A stretch of 63,841 nucleotides of DNA, counting the filler, from Octopus bimaculoides (lineage: Eukaryota): assembly GCF_001194135.2 (NCBI RefSeq). It is 6 parts of 6 records of this genome, joined end to end, with 100 filler letters (N's around TTAATTAATTAA, not from the genome) between each part and the next. Parts side by side here need not be neighbours in the genome. Positions count along the whole stretch, not along the records: positions 10,386 to 26,042 come from NC_068995.1; positions 26,143 to 34,585 come from NC_068988.1; 4 more parts are not named here. The stretch is one strand, 5' to 3'. Positions within the stretch are counted from its first letter, which is position 1. The number at the start of each line of letters is the position of its first letter. Below are positions 12,583 to 27,248 of this stretch, in pieces. Under the pieces are notes generated by a model, which worked only from the letters and a program-made list of their open reading frames with translations, had not been told where the DNA came from and made no database searches. The position numbers and the translations under genes are program-made.

Positions 12583-14101
12583 NNNNNNNNNNNNNNNNNN
12601 NNNNNNNNNNNNNNNNNNNNNNNNNNNNNNNNNNNNNNNNNNNNNNNNNNNNNNNNNNNNNNNNNNNNNNNNNNNNNNNNNNNNNNNNNNNNNNNNNNNN
12701 NNNNNNNNNNNNNNNNNNNNNNNNNNNNNNNNNNNNNNNNNNNNNNNNNNNNNNNNNNNNNNNNNNNNNNNNNNNNNNNNNNNNNNNNNNNNNNNNNNNN
12801 NNNNNNNNNNNNNNNNNNNNNNNNNNNNNNNNNNNNNNNNNNNNNNNNNNNNNNNNNNNNNNNNNNNNNNNNNNNNNNNNNNNNNNNNNNNNNNNNNNNN
12901 NNNNNNNNNNNNNNNNNNNNNNNNNNNNNNNNNNNNNNNNNNNNNNNNNNNNNNNNNNNNNNNNNNNNNNNNNNNNNNNNNNNNNNNNNNNNNNNNNNNN
13001 NNNNNNNNNNNNNNNNNNNNNNNNNNNNNNNNNNNNNNNNNNNNNNNNNNNNNNNNNNNNNNNNNNNNNNNNNNNNNNNNNNNNNNNNNNNNNNNNNNNN
13101 NNNNNNNNNNNNNNNNNNNNNNNNNNNNNNNNNNNNNNNNNNNNNNNNNNNNNNNNNNNNNNNNNNNNNNNNNNNNNNNNNNNNNNNNNNNNNNNNNNNN
13201 NNNNNNNNNNNNNNNNNNNNNNNNNNNNNNNNNNNNNNNNNNNNNNNNNNNNNNNNNNNNNNNNNNNNNNNNNNNNNNNNNNNNNAATTTGTTGTGCCCA
13301 CCTACCCCATAACTTCTGCCATAATTCGTGATCCCTTCCAGAAAGAGCTTCAAAGACACCAACCAGAAGGACTTTATGCTCATGGTTCATAGAATGTAAC
13401 GAGTAAAGTGGTATTTCACTGGAACGAACTTTGAGTATTTTGTCATACAAAAGAGTCGGAGTGTGAGCATTACTAAAGAGGGAGAAGCTGATTTTACAGC
13501 ACGTAGATCAAGCGTACGCCGTTCATTACTTGGTAATCCGCTGATAAGTGTAATACTGATCACAGAATCGTTCCAACACACTTAACATATAAAGGAAGCC
13601 GAAACTTCAAACGAATGTGAGTGAAAAAAAGTCAAATGTTAAATGAAACAAATGTTAGCAACTATTGTGCTTTCGTCGTGTCGTCTTTCTGGTCTTTATA
13701 ATCAGCAGGTTTTTGAAGATCTGGAATGGTGAAGATTAGTGTTTTCTTAAGTCGGCAGAGGAAAATATTGGTTCTGTTTCTATAAAGCAACCAGTTTGGT
13801 TTGCTCAAAAGTATGACATAATATAGGAACAATGAATTGTAGAAAATTGTAAAGATGAATAGGACACAGAGAACGATCAAAATTTTAAAGCCAAAGACGA
13901 AATTTGTAGATAAATCGAAGCAGATATGCGACCAAAATTAAAATGGTGCACTGCAATAGTAAAATATAAAGTAATATTAAGCAAGATGAATCTTATGAAG
14001 AAATGTCTTCACTTTATTCATAAAAGATTTTCGGCCTATTTACAAGAAAATAGTGTCAGGAAATGTGCAGAGGAAAATCTCATTTATTCACAAAATATTT
14101 A

Positions 14102-14293
14102 TAGGTGCAGGCATGGATGTGCGGTAAGAAGTTTCTTTCCCGTCCACATGGTTCCGGGTTCACTCCCACTGCGTGGTAACTTGGGCATGTGTCTTCTACA
14201 TGTGTCTTCTACATGTGTCTTCTTCTAACCCTATCCCTAACCAAAGCCTTGTGAGTGGATTTGGTAGACGGTGACTGAAAGAAGTCTGTTGTG

Positions 14294-14338
<45 letters not shown>

Positions 14339-14560
14339 CTGTGTGTTTGTCTGTGGTTGTGCCCCACCCCGTTATCGCCTGACAACTAGTGCTGGTGTGT
14401 TTATGTCTCCGTTAACTAGCGGTGCGGTAAAAGAAATCGATAGAATAAGTACTAAGCTTAAAAGAAATAAGTCCTGGAGAGACTTCGACTAAAAATTTGT
14501 TTAAGACGGTGCTCCTGCATGGCCAAATTCAAATGATTGAAACAAGTAAAAGAAAACAGA
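14102..14560 (+). mobile_element. SINE family A
   Basis: Full-length copy with internal (GT)n and a 13-bp triplication ATGTGTCTTCTAC. Confidence 0.85.
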
Positions 14561-15104
14561 ATTTAAGAATATTTGAGAATGTGTAGCCCAGTGGTTAGTA
14601 TTTTGAGTTGACTGTCGTGAGGTGATGGGCTGAATTTATTGACATTAAAGCTGATGGTGTCTGTGAACATAGCATTATTATTTCACGTTGCTCCAGTTTA
14701 CCATCTTAACATTGAGTGCCAGCGAACTGCTGGTGTTTGAGATGGCTTTGGCGTTATACATATACGTGTGTGCGTGTGTGCACTTCAACACGTATGCATA
14801 TATGTATGTCTGTGTGTGCATGTACGCATGTTTGTATTCTTTTACTTTTTACATTGCTTGGTAACACCAAAGCAGGGTTACCTTTTGAATCGGTAGTCGA
14901 ACCAATTTACCCAGAGCATATTTTTACTCAGATATTTATTTAATATATGTGTATGTGTGAATGTACACACATACATTCACACATACATACATACATACAT
15001 ACATACATACATACATACATACATACATGCATACATGCATACATACATACATACATACATACACACATACATACATACATACATACATACATACATACAT
15101 GCAG

Positions 15105-16660
15105 GGTCTGCAATTGCTAGAAATATTCATGTAATCCATAATACTTTCGTGAATTGCCTAAAGATATATGCTAAAATTGTTAACTATGCCAAAAAAAGCT
15201 GCTGCAGTTAATAACAATTTTAGCTGACATAGGAATGGTATTTGACCGAAAGAAATGTTCGTGTTTGATTATTGAACGTGGAGAATCAGTCCACCTGACC
15301 TAGAATATTTGTGCATCAAAGATCTTACTATCTTTACCTTTTCATTTAATGAATGTTTCACAAACCAAAGCATTCATGAAAACATATCATACGAAGGTGC
15401 TATGAATAACCAAGAATATTACACCAGACTTAGAAAAATATGGCAGTCAGAACTCTCCTCTTACACTAAACCAATATTCAACCATGAATTTGCTGTAGGA
15501 GTGGTGATTCTACAATTTTGGGTAGTTGACTGTTTTGGAGAAGAGATTTTCTCCTTTGACATTTAAACCCACAAAATCTTGACATCAAATGAGAACTTCC
15601 TCAGAAAAAGTGATATTGACAGAAGAAGAAACGAAAGATGTAGAGGCTCGGAATCAAGGCAAACAGTCTCTGAATATCATTTTCACGGTCCTCCTCTCTC
15701 AGACAGCATCTGCTAAACAACAGCAACTAAATTAAATACATACACTTAGACCACAAAAGTGTAGAGAATAACATTCCATGCATCGGCAGTGAGCTCCTCA
15801 TGAAGCATACCCTTCCCGGTGACTTCCCATATCAACCCAAAACTGCTAAACATGCTTCAAAGCAGAACTGAAGAGGAAACACTGAGCCCACCTAAAAAAA
15901 TTTTTTAAAGAAGGCTACGCTTGGATATGTTTCTAGGAGATTTGAAGGCAGCAATGATATGGACTTGTGACCAGTATATCACTTCGAAGGTTAAGCATTT
16001 TCGATCCAAGAACAGGAGATTGCTAAGAAATGCCTAATAAACAGAAGAGACAGCAAGATACAGTTGAAATTGTAGGTTATTTCATATTTCTACAGAAGAC
16101 ATATGATAAGCAACTGCTCAAACATGTCGTCAAGGTACTTTCTCCCTATACAACTCGACGCTGTTGCTTAAGCAATATATAATGCCATTCTTGAAACAGA
16201 TTCTCCCGCAATAAATATAGAGGAACTCCTTGCCATTGCATACATATTAAAAGGACAATACAAGGAATATTGGTGGAATTTTAGGAATAATCCTATCAAA
16301 ATGGATATTGTTGCTAGGGACAGACAAGAAAAATCAGATACTATAATAAACTTCAGTTGCCCACTTAATATGAATATTTCTTTAAAAATCAAAGAGAAAC
16401 AGGATAACTATGAAGAACAGCTTTGAAGCCTCCATTTTCCATACTCGGATTATCAATTTACATTTATACCAATAATAATTGGCGGACTTTCCTTTGTGAG
16501 TAAATTCCTACGTGGCAATCTGGATAAGCTATGGTTTTCAGAAATAGATATCAACCAACTTAGTCGCTTATTAGAAATACTAAATGAAAGAGGAATGGAA
16601 AAAATATGTAAGATTTTTCTTAAGTTCATATTGCAAATTTGTTTTGCTATCTAAATTCCA
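15105..16660 (+). mobile_element. RLE-type LINE relic, family Y (RT end, knuckle, RLE)
   Basis: FDRKKCSCLIIERGE, YYTRLRKIWQSELS, SIQEQEIAKKCLINRR, KEYWWNF, FSCPLNMNISLKIKEKQDNY, FIPIIIGGL and EKICKIFLKF; 5' end abuts a long (CATA)n. Confidence 0.8.
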
Positions 16661-16869
16661 ACAACTGAGACTTGTCTCTTCGCTAGAAACCAGCCTCAAA
16701 GCTAAATTTCAAGTAATTAGTGACAGAAAAGAATAAACAAACACATGCGCGCGCGCACACTCTTACATGTATGCACATCTATACATACAGACATGCATGC
16801 TGATAGCTCCATTTTCACGGTGGTCTTATTAACGAATTTCAACAAAAATCTAGCACATAAAACGATAAT

Positions 16870-17055
16870 GAACGCTTAGCAGCATTTCGTCCATCACTAC
16901 GTTCTGAGTTCAAATTCCGCCGGGGTCAACTAAGGCAATCACTCTTTCGTGTTGGATGAAATATGTATCAGTCAAGTACTGTGGTCGGCGCCTTCGACTA
17001 GCTTCTCCTCCAAAGTTTCAGACCTTGTGCCTACAATAGAAAGGATTATCATTAT
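16870..17055 (+). mobile_element. SINE family B (degenerate)
   Basis: CGTTCTGAGTTCAAATTCCGCCGGGGTCAACT core and GGCCTTGTGCCTA-type tail. Confidence 0.7.
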
Positions 17056-17094
17056 TATATGAAAACACACAGCTCATTTTCCTGGGTTTCCTGG

Positions 17095-17370
17095 GTATGA
17101 TGGAAAGTGTCAGCTGTCCCCAGCCAGCAGACTAAGGTGACACTTGTTTACTGGTCATGTTTCAAGAACCCTACAAAGAATTCTTTCAGTTCTAGGCAAT
17201 GCTGATTTTAGTAGGTGTTCTACCTTCACACTTGCACCGATCTTTTTCAGCCAAGTGCACCAATTACTGCTGGTATCACGACTACTCTCTTCGTTGACCA
17301 CAATCTTCCTATTTCCCACTTCAAATCGGCATAGTTGTTTATTGTTTCTTCGTCTTTCACATTGATCCTG
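17095..17370 (-). mobile_element. RLE-type LINE 3' end, family X
   Basis: INNYADLKWEIGRLWSTKRVVVIPAVIGALG and EHLLKSALPRTERILCRVLET*, followed by 3' UTR. Confidence 0.75.
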
Positions 17371-17402
17371 TTGTTATCATTATTATTATTATTATTGTGG
17401 TT

Positions 17403-17455
<53 letters not shown>

Positions 17456-17519
17456 CACCATCTTCATCATCATCAACATCATCATCACCATCATCATCAT
17501 CATCATCATCATCATCACT

Positions 17520-18742
17520 GCCTTTGCACAGCTTCTAACGCTGGAGACGTACTGCGGCGTCAGCTGTTCACTACCAGTGAACTAAGGTAACACCCCTTAC
17601 AAGCACCTCCCGAAGTATTCGGGCGGTTCCAAGCAGTGCTGTTTTCTGCAAGTTCTCCACCCTTATTGCAGACCCTATTTGTTCCACGTACTTCTCGAGA
17701 TTTTTGCTCACTGTTCCCAAGGCTCCGGAAATTGTTGGTGCTACTGCTACCTTTTTCATCGACCACAACTGCTTAATTTCCCAAGCTGACCTGTCATATC
17801 TCTCGATTTTTCTTTCTTCCTTATCGCATACCTTGTTATCAGCTGGACATGCTATATCTATGATCCAGCATAGTTTGTTTTCTTTCTGAATTAAGACTAT
17901 GTCTGGCTTCATATTCTCTATCTCATGGTCGCACTGAATCATAAAATCCCATAAGATCTTTTGCATTTTTATTTTCGACGATGCCTTCGGGTTTGTGGTC
18001 GTACCAATTTTTTGCTCTGTCAAGTCCATACTTGTTGCAAAGTGTCCAAATGGACAAGCCTGGCTACATTCTTGTGGAGTCTCTTATATTCCTTCTGGGC
18101 TAGCGGCGTACATTGAGTGGTATTATGCCATACGCCTTCGCCATTTTGTCCACAGATTCTGCACTTATTACTTTCTGGTGTGTTGTCTATCATGTGTTTT
18201 TTGTAGTTTGTTCTTAGTTCTTGTTCTTGGGCAGCACAGATTAGAGCCTCCGTTTCCGGTTTTAAATCACTTTTAGTCATCCACAGCTATCTTGTTTCTC
18301 TGTCTGTCTTATCTTCAACATTCCTATGAAATTGACCATGCATTCTTTTCTTTATCCACCTATTTTCAGTTTCATTTGTTTACAATTTCTTGTACAGTAC
18401 TTTATCTTTGCATTCTTTCATCCTACACAAGCCTGACCTCATTATTTCTAATAATAGCGGTTGTGTGGCAGTTTTTACATACCATGCTATGTTGATTTCT
18501 TCTGCTTTAATGTTGTGTTCGCATCCAATAAGTCCTCTTCCCCGTTTTTTCTTGGTACATACAGTCTGTCTGTGTCACTTTTTGGGTGGAGTGTCCCATA
18601 TCTAGTTAGCAACTTCCTTGTCTTTCTGTCTAAGCTGTTTAGTTCGTCTACTGTCCATGAGATTAATCCTGCTCCATATCTTAGGCGCGAAAACGCCAAG
18701 GTGTTGATAGCTTGAATCGTATTCCGTCCGTTTAATTTCGAC
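17520..18742 (-). mobile_element. 5'-truncated R4/Dong-like LINE, family X
   Basis: LDRKTRKLLTRYGTLHPKSDTDRLYVPRK, LKPETEALICAAQEQELRTNY, CRICGQNGEGVWHNTTQC (knuckle), KPDIVLIQKENKLCWIIDIACP (PD-D/ExK) and ALLGTARILREVL; flanked by (ATC)n/(ATT)n tracts. Confidence 0.9.
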
Positions 18743-18744
18743 TT

Positions 18745-18945
18745 AAGGATTACTATTATTATTATTATTATTATTTTTTTTTTTTTTTTTTTTTTTTATT
18801 GTTATCGTTGTTATTGTTGTTGTTGTTGTTGTTGCTGTTGTTGTTGTTGCTGTTGTTGTTGTTGTTGTTGTTCTTCTTCTTCTTCTTCTTCTTCTTCTTC
18901 TTCTTCTTCTTCTTCTTCTTCTTCTTCTTCTTCTTCTTCTTCTAT
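18745..18945 (+). repeat. Compound (ATT)n-T(n)-(GTT)n-(CTT)n microsatellite
   Basis: Directly visible. Confidence 0.95.
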
Positions 18946-19149
18946 TAAAACTCATAGCTTATATTGCTGGATATGATGGAAAGTGTCAGCTGTCCTCAAC
19001 CAGCAGGCTACGGTAACACTTGTTTTACTTATCATTTTTCAAGAAGAATTCTTTGGGGTTTGGATAATTCACATAGGTATTTCGTTCGACATCCTCAAAT
19101 AACTTTTATTCAAGGATCTTTTGAGCGGTATGGGCTACTCGACCTGAAG

Positions 19150-19341
19150 AAAATTCTAACTGGGCCCCACCTGCGAGGTCATGCGCTGTTTATCTTGATA
19201 TGAGATCACTATGTCGCGCACATATGTTTGTGATGCATGTGCCTTGTGTACACTTTTCAGACGGATAGTCATGATGGGTATATTGGGCTTTGTATATTTT
19301 ACCCCAGTGTCAATTTAAAGGCATGCCCTGTTCTCTCACTC
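19150..19341 (+). mobile_element. ~190-bp interspersed repeat ending in (AAT)n (retroelement 3' end)
   Basis: Near-identical to 44853-45045; both end in long (AAT)n. Confidence 0.75.
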
Positions 19342-19397
<56 letters not shown>

Positions 19398-21836
19398 GCT
19401 CAAAAGTTCAACAAAAGTTCCAAGTTCAGTGATTGTTCTAACTCGGTACATATAGGGGACGAAAATCAAAGCTTGTTCCTAACTGTCTAACGATTCTTCC
19501 AATTCTCTATGTGAGATCAACAATAAAATAATTGACAGATTTTGAAAATAGATAAGATAATGACATCCAGTAAGGACACAAAGTAAGAACGAAATTGATC
19601 CTCAGCCTAGGGAATATTTCACATTGCGGGATTTGGTCACCCATTCACGGTCCATGTTAACCTGGTACGTCTTCAGATTTCGACCGAATACCTAGTTGTG
19701 ATTACTCAGTCTCTCTCTATTATAGTTTTACCGCAACATGTTATATGTATGTAATATGAGAAAAACAATCACTGGAATCATCTATCATTACTATATCTAC
19801 ACTTCGCTACATATTATTAACAACATTATTTTTAGAAGACCTAATCTGAATTTATTACTAAATTTAAAACGAGACGTGTAGTATATATTATTGCATTCCT
19901 GTAGTAGTCGATTGGCGTATAGAACCTGCTTTTTGCATGTGTATCTGCTGGGCATTAACTTTCAACACCGCAAGTATAAGACAGGACAATATCATTCTCA
20001 GTCTGAAATTACTGAGACATAACAATAAAGCTGTACAATTATCATCATAATAATCAGAAGGGAAAGTAGCCCCTTTTCTATTCAAAAACTTAAATTTACT
20101 TTTAATCGAGTGAACAGTTATGGTCCTCTTTGATAACTTCAAACATGCTTTTATAGTATTCCACATTTTCAACATTACTTATCACACTCGCTTGTTTCTA
20201 CTGAAACAATCTCCGTCGTGACGAGAAAAATGTACGGATAATAGATTCTGGTAGATGAAAAAAAATAGATTTTCATTGAAATAGTTATATGTAGCAATTG
20301 TTATTTTATATATTGAGTAATTCAAAGTAGGCATAAGACATTATATTAAAACCAATAACTTTTATCATAAAACGTTGATCCTAATTGTCAGGTTAAGGTT
20401 GATTCATTAGAAACTAAGCATAATATTACTTCATGTCTGGTATCTTGAACAATGTATACATGTTCTGAAAAATCATTCAATGAAGATCAAATGTAACACT
20501 ACAATAACCATATATTTTCATATAGCTTGCTTATCGCTGAATAACGCCTCTTCATTCCACTAGAAAAGAAGGAAAACTTACATATTATTCGACGTCTTCA
20601 ATGACTTAATATGCATTCTATTTAGTCTTTTGTCTCTTTTAACAGCTTTCTCTCATGTACAACATATCCAATGGCGTTTACGGGGAACGTTCTTTAGTAA
20701 CCTAGGATTCATGAAAAATTACAATAAAAAACAGAATGTTGAAAAATCATTACTGCGATTGAGATGTCAGAGTATCTCCCGTTGGTACGTAACGTAACTG
20801 AAACAACGCAATCTCTGAAAATTCCATATTGCATACAACCAAACGTAAATTGTATTAGGACTGATAAATATTTATGAGCCTCAACAAAATCGCCAAGAGG
20901 AATTTTCAGTAATGTTCAATAATGAAGGCCAATAAACGTCACTTTAAAAAAAAATCTAAGAAAATTAAATGTACATTGTCCAATATTATATCTATTATTA
21001 ACAGAAATGATGAGTACATTCAATATTCGAACAAAAATTAAAATATAGATATACATCTACTAAAATAAAATTCACTTGCTGTGTATTTTAAGGAACAATC
21101 ACATCAAATTGTGTTTGTTTTCCTAAGTGGGCAAAATTCAATCAAATTATAAATCGATTCCTCAATATAAATACAGTTTAAAATTAAAGTGACTGCAAAC
21201 TCCAGACTGTTATGGAAAACATAAATAAAGCATTCAGTAAAATGGTTATATATATAATTAAATGAAATATATTGTTAGTTAAACTATAACTGAATGGGGT
21301 ATATAAACACACACAAACACACAGAAATATATGTCTGTGTGAGTGTATAAAATAATGTGAATTGTGTAAATACACAGGTTTTAGGGCTAGGGTACACATG
21401 TGAAACAACATACAACCGCAGCATATACATATACATAGAGAAATATTTGTTATGTATATATGTGAGTATGCTTATATACATATATGCATATGTATCTGCA
21501 TGTGTGGGTATATGTATGTATGCATGCATTCGTGTTTGTAAGTATGTATGTATACGTGTGTTTATAAAATTTTCTTTATCAAACAAAAATTCGTTATAAT
21601 ATATGTGTGAATATTATCTGTAATTTTTTTTCGTTCAAGTGATATAATATAAATTGCATTTAAGATTATTTACATTTTCCCACGAAATAAAGATAATCTA
21701 TAGTTTGAGAAAGACAAGGAAACGATTTTTTATGTTATATAATGCAGTCTTATAACCATTTTAAACACATACTCCTTTTCTTTTGTTTTCTCGCATTTTA
21801 TGCGGTCTGAAGTTCTAAAGAGAGATTGTATGCCCC

Positions 21837-21972
<136 letters not shown>

Positions 21973-24900
21973 TGTTCGTTGCCGCAGTATAAGGTGTACT
22001 GCATATATACCAGTGTTGTGTACTTCAACCGGTGTATCAATTCACTTGTTATCAGAACCTCACTGCTTTGTGGAGAATTAGGATCTCGTGTATCATGCAT
22101 ATTACAAAGGATTAATTGTCTTTTATTTCACAGCATTATTTGAGATTCAAGTTATTTTGTTGACCCCGGAAGGATGGTTGGCTAAGCTAAATTAACGCTA
22201 ATCAAACTCAGAAAAAAAAGAAAAACAGAATAAATAGAGCAAGCATTTTTTTTCCTGAGGAATTACTGATTCTGACAATCCTTTGTCTTGCCTTCTCAAA
22301 CACTGTTTATTTTAAGATACAGTTACATATATCTTGTCTTGACATTTGTTTACTTAAATTGGATTTATAGAGAAAATGACTTGCAAGAATTCCACCGTTT
22401 ATTTTCCTTTGTGTTTTAAGATGACTAATTTTTCCTATATCCGCTCGTGACACATCGGCTACACGTAACAACAAAATATATATCCTGTCTCCTCTCTCTG
22501 AGACTAAGATTATTATTCTATATACTTAAAATACAAGACCCACAAACATTCGCCTTTTGTACATTTTAGCAGTTTTTATGTCATGGTCACAGTTTTGCAT
22601 GCAACTACTGCAGTATAGATAACCATGAACGAATCCACTCACTAACGCAAATTGGCAGTTACTGCTCAGCATATGTACGTCCAACCATTGGGGTAAATCT
22701 ATCCTTCCGTCTATCTAAAGTTCTATGTATACTGGTGTGTTCCGAGTGTTGATTATGAATCCAAGGCTTTCCTATCATTATATAAGCTACATTTTGTTAC
22801 TTCTAACTATACCATAATACGGCTGTTACCCCTCCTGTGTCTAACTTGAGCTTCTTCATAGAGCATTCACTCACTTCTCTATCCATTCACATAACACCAA
22901 ATATGTACTACTCCCATTAACGTAAAACAAGATTAAGTTAAACTATTCCAATTGAAATAAAAATGGTTATCGGTATTTCTATTAAGGAAACGAATTGGGA
23001 CGCGCTACCCATTTGAAATGCACGCATATGCATGCGAGGGTGCGTGCGAGAGGGCATGTGTGTATGTGCCTGCGTGAAAGAGTGCGTGTGTGTGAGCACG
23101 TGTGTGTGAGCACGTGTGTGTGTCTGCGCCCATGCGCATATATATCTTTTAATAACATTCATTTCAAAAGCTAAGAATCAATTTTATTGCGATTGGTTTA
23201 ATGCATACGATAATTAAAACAGCATAAATTACAAAAATGCATGTTTCGTGTTTCTTTAGAACATTGATCATTTTCTTATAATTTTCTTATAATTCTTCTA
23301 ATTTCATGTTTAATTCTTTTATTTTCTGACTTTAAATCTTGTTTAAAACTGTTGTAATGTTTTATACTGGATTAGATATATAATTATATCATTGCAGTAA
23401 GTCAAGTCACATTTGATTTATATTTTTGATATTACTTCTTTAAATTATAATTCATTAATTAACTGAAATAAGATTTAATTAGTTTAATCGAATTTCATTT
23501 ATCATAGCGAACATATATAGAACCATCGTGTATCGCCTGTGTGTAATTATAATTCGAAGACATAAAATCAAGATCACAGACGAGTAGCATGTATTATTAA
23601 ATGTAAAAGATCGTTTTAGACACAACTGAATCCTCTGCATGATAGCTACTTCGCCTTTAAATTTGAATTAAATGCAATCATTTATTAATTACTTCAGATT
23701 AGTCTTACACATTTCAGATATTGATGAGAGAGCAAACATTTCATTTTATATTATTTTGTTGGAGAATCGCGGTTCAGATTAAAGCGCACGATAAACCGGG
23801 TTCAAAACACGGCATTGTTTTGTATTTGACACTAGTTTATGCAAAACCTCTTACTGTTTTTTTTTCTTCCCGAATCTTATACCTCTTTAAGGTCAGTATG
23901 GGAAAGTGTGGAGTCTCAAATGAAAAATTCTGATATTGCTACCTTTCATTAAAGATATCTTGTGTTATCTAGCTGTACATATATTTGCTTAAAATAACAC
24001 GAGAACAAAAGCGACAATTTCTGTCTTGTCTTGAATTGCACATTTTCCCGAAAGGATTCAGATCAAACATTGCCTGAAGTTTATTACTAAATTTTCGATC
24101 ATGAAAACTCCATGTTCATGGCCGTTTCGTATAAATGTACGTTACACACTTAAGGTAGAAATCATATCATTTAATTAATTAATTAAATGATTAATTAGTA
24201 GTTTCTGAGCATTATGGAAATCATATGAATCGACTACTTTTCGTTTTCTTACTTTAATATATTTTTCTATATACTTATATATTATTTTGTATACTTCCTC
24301 TCACCATATATACTATCTCACATCTTGTATTTCATATCAACTGTTATATTGTTATCTAATAATATTCCCTAATTTCATAGTATTAAACCCTTGTTCATTA
24401 GGACAATCAAGCATTTTCAGTGTATGGTAATGATGTACAAAACGTCACGATAAGTTATATTTCCTTTTTGCATCAAATTAATAATGGCTGTATATTGCAG
24501 TTAATACTTACTTTCACCTGAGATCATCGTATTCAGAGATAAAAACAAATATTAAATAGAGTCAAAACAATCCAAAGTATGAACATTGGAATATTTTGTA
24601 AGCAATAACCATAGATGAACTTGGTCAATGGCGTTACGTAAGACATTTTTGGTATTTGCAATAAGATCAGTAACTGCAATGTGATATTTATCTTGTACAT
24701 TTATCAGTAAACATCGTATCTCTTAACGATATGTGCTGCGAAAGTGAGGCGTAAGATTTATGACATCATTGTGTTAAATATTACTCTAGACTATGACAGG
24801 ATTTCAGTATGATTAGAAACTGAAGAAGAACTGCAAAATGCTATCACATAAATATTTTATTTATATCAATAGTTCCTGGTAGCAGTCTTCCAAACATACA

Positions 24901-26142
24901 TATGTATTCTTCTCTATTTCTGTCGTGAGCCAATTAATGTAATATGGAATGATAAATGATAAATGGAATACGCTAACAGTATTCAATATTATTATGGCCT
25001 GTACATTTATATCTTACTCGCCAAAATCGATTACCAAGTTTGTAGAATAAGAATAGTAGGCAAAATTTGTACATTCATTTTCTATTAGCAAATTGAGGGA
25101 CTGTTTCAGAATTTCCAAATCAAAGGATTATGCTGAATATTAAATCATAGAAAAGGAAATGTCAGCCTATAAGTAATTCGTGTTTTATAAATATCTGGGG
25201 AGATGGTGTGAACTTTAACACAAACCACATCTGGATTGTGTGAGACATTTCTCACCTAACGCTTGTAAACTTGGTTCTTATTTTAATAATAAGATTTTAA
25301 TACAAGTCTCTAGATAATGGAATCAGAAAAATATCGAGAAAATTTGAACATGTCCAATAAATGAATATTAAAATCGTGTTCGGATTAGATAGATATAATA
25401 ATGCTACATTCAAGAGGAGTAGGATTACTGTAACATGTAAACGCTGATGTGAAAGATCTTTGAAAGGAAAGAAGATGGTGCAAAAGGTAGTGATGACAGA
25501 GAAAATTTCAAGAGAGAAGTAGGAAGATCAATTATGCGGATGAAAATATAACTAAATGTTTCTAACCGACATGAAGTCATTGGTACTGTATTTACCTGAA
25601 GTAAGATACTATTTCATTGTCATAAACTAAAATGAGTCAAATTGTGAAAATGGATACTGAAACAAGAAAATGCTTACAGTAGCTAAAATGTTCAATCGGA
25701 AAGGAGATACTGACAATATTTTCCGATCAAAATCAGGGGAAGATAGAGGTTTGGGATATCTTGAACCACAATGATAGACCGCAAAACTTACCTCACATCA
25801 TCATCAACCTTCTGGAAATTGTGAAATACCAAAATTATCCTCATAAAAAGAGAATATCCATGAATCAACATAAACTTACTTATGTGAAGGAAGCACGTTT
25901 GTGGAATGCCCAGCTACTTACATATTACTTCAATGAACATTCAGTTGATCGGAAATTTGAATTCGATTTTTTGCAACTGATAGACATTCATACATGTGTA
26001 CATATATCTGTGTGTTTGAATGCCTGCTTCTGTGTACATATANNNNNNNNNNNNNNNNNNNNNNNNNNNNNNNNNNNNNNNNNNNNTTAATTAATTAANN
26101 NNNNNNNNNNNNNNNNNNNNNNNNNNNNNNNNNNNNNNNNNN

Positions 26143-26191
<49 letters not shown>

Positions 26192-26380
26192 ATAGTATAA
26201 TACATGTGCACACACGCACACACACACACACACAAGTGACATCAGTCACTTCACACACGAAACACACACCTCGCACACGCACAATACACTACAAAACAAA
26301 TTCACACAATTTCCCTACCCCTCGACACACACACCCCCGTATAGTATAATGCATATACACATATATAAAAGAACTTACTG

Positions 26381-26416
<36 letters not shown>

Positions 26417-26750
26417 TATACACATATATATATTCACATACACAAAATACTCACACTACGTCGCAAACACACGAGACCCAACAATAACTTCACGCATGAG
26501 ACATACAACGTGCACACACGCACACAATAACTTACATTACAATATAAGCTATCTCTCACTCGCTCACACACACACACACACACATGTACACACATATATA
26601 CATACATACATACATATATACATACACACACACTCACACGCACCTCCTGAAGAGGGAAGCAATGATAGTTTTATCGTTGCCGCAGTTGTGACAGCGGCAA
26701 CCTTCGAAAACGGCCATGGACCCCACCCCTGCTCAAAGCAAATACACACA

Positions 26751-26799
<49 letters not shown>

Positions 26800-26895
26800 A
26801 CACACACACATGCAAGATCAGTAAAGTTTGAAATGCTGTAGGAACAGTTAAACCCACCACCACCACCACCACCACCATCGATACTACTACAACTT

Positions 26896-26949
<54 letters not shown>

Positions 26950-27209
26950 TTACTACTGCTACTACGAAACGACAACAACAATGACATTTGTAAGATTAAC
27001 AAGGGGAAAGAAATTGCAAGGTGAAATTTTTAAAATCGCCGACAATCACAGCGATTAATTAATTCATAATTTATTGGCCACAAGGGCCGCAGAAACATAA
27101 ACCAGTCATAACAGCATCACAGTCCAATTTGCCACCACGACTAACAACGCAGCTACCGGCGCCGCTACCACCACCGCCAACAACAGCAAGAACAACTGCA
27201 CATTCCACG

Positions 27210-27248
<39 letters not shown>

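Noticed and set aside
19888-20175. ORF with GAT..YYDDN resembling the OATP TM4 motif
   Set aside because: Spacing is wrong, there is no following GP..G motif, and no splice sites.
20582-20702. Acceptor/donor-bounded segment on the minus strand
   Set aside because: Stops in all three phases.
25792-25811. 20-nt microexon candidate (KVDDDVR)
   Set aside because: Such short matches are expected by chance; no homology support.
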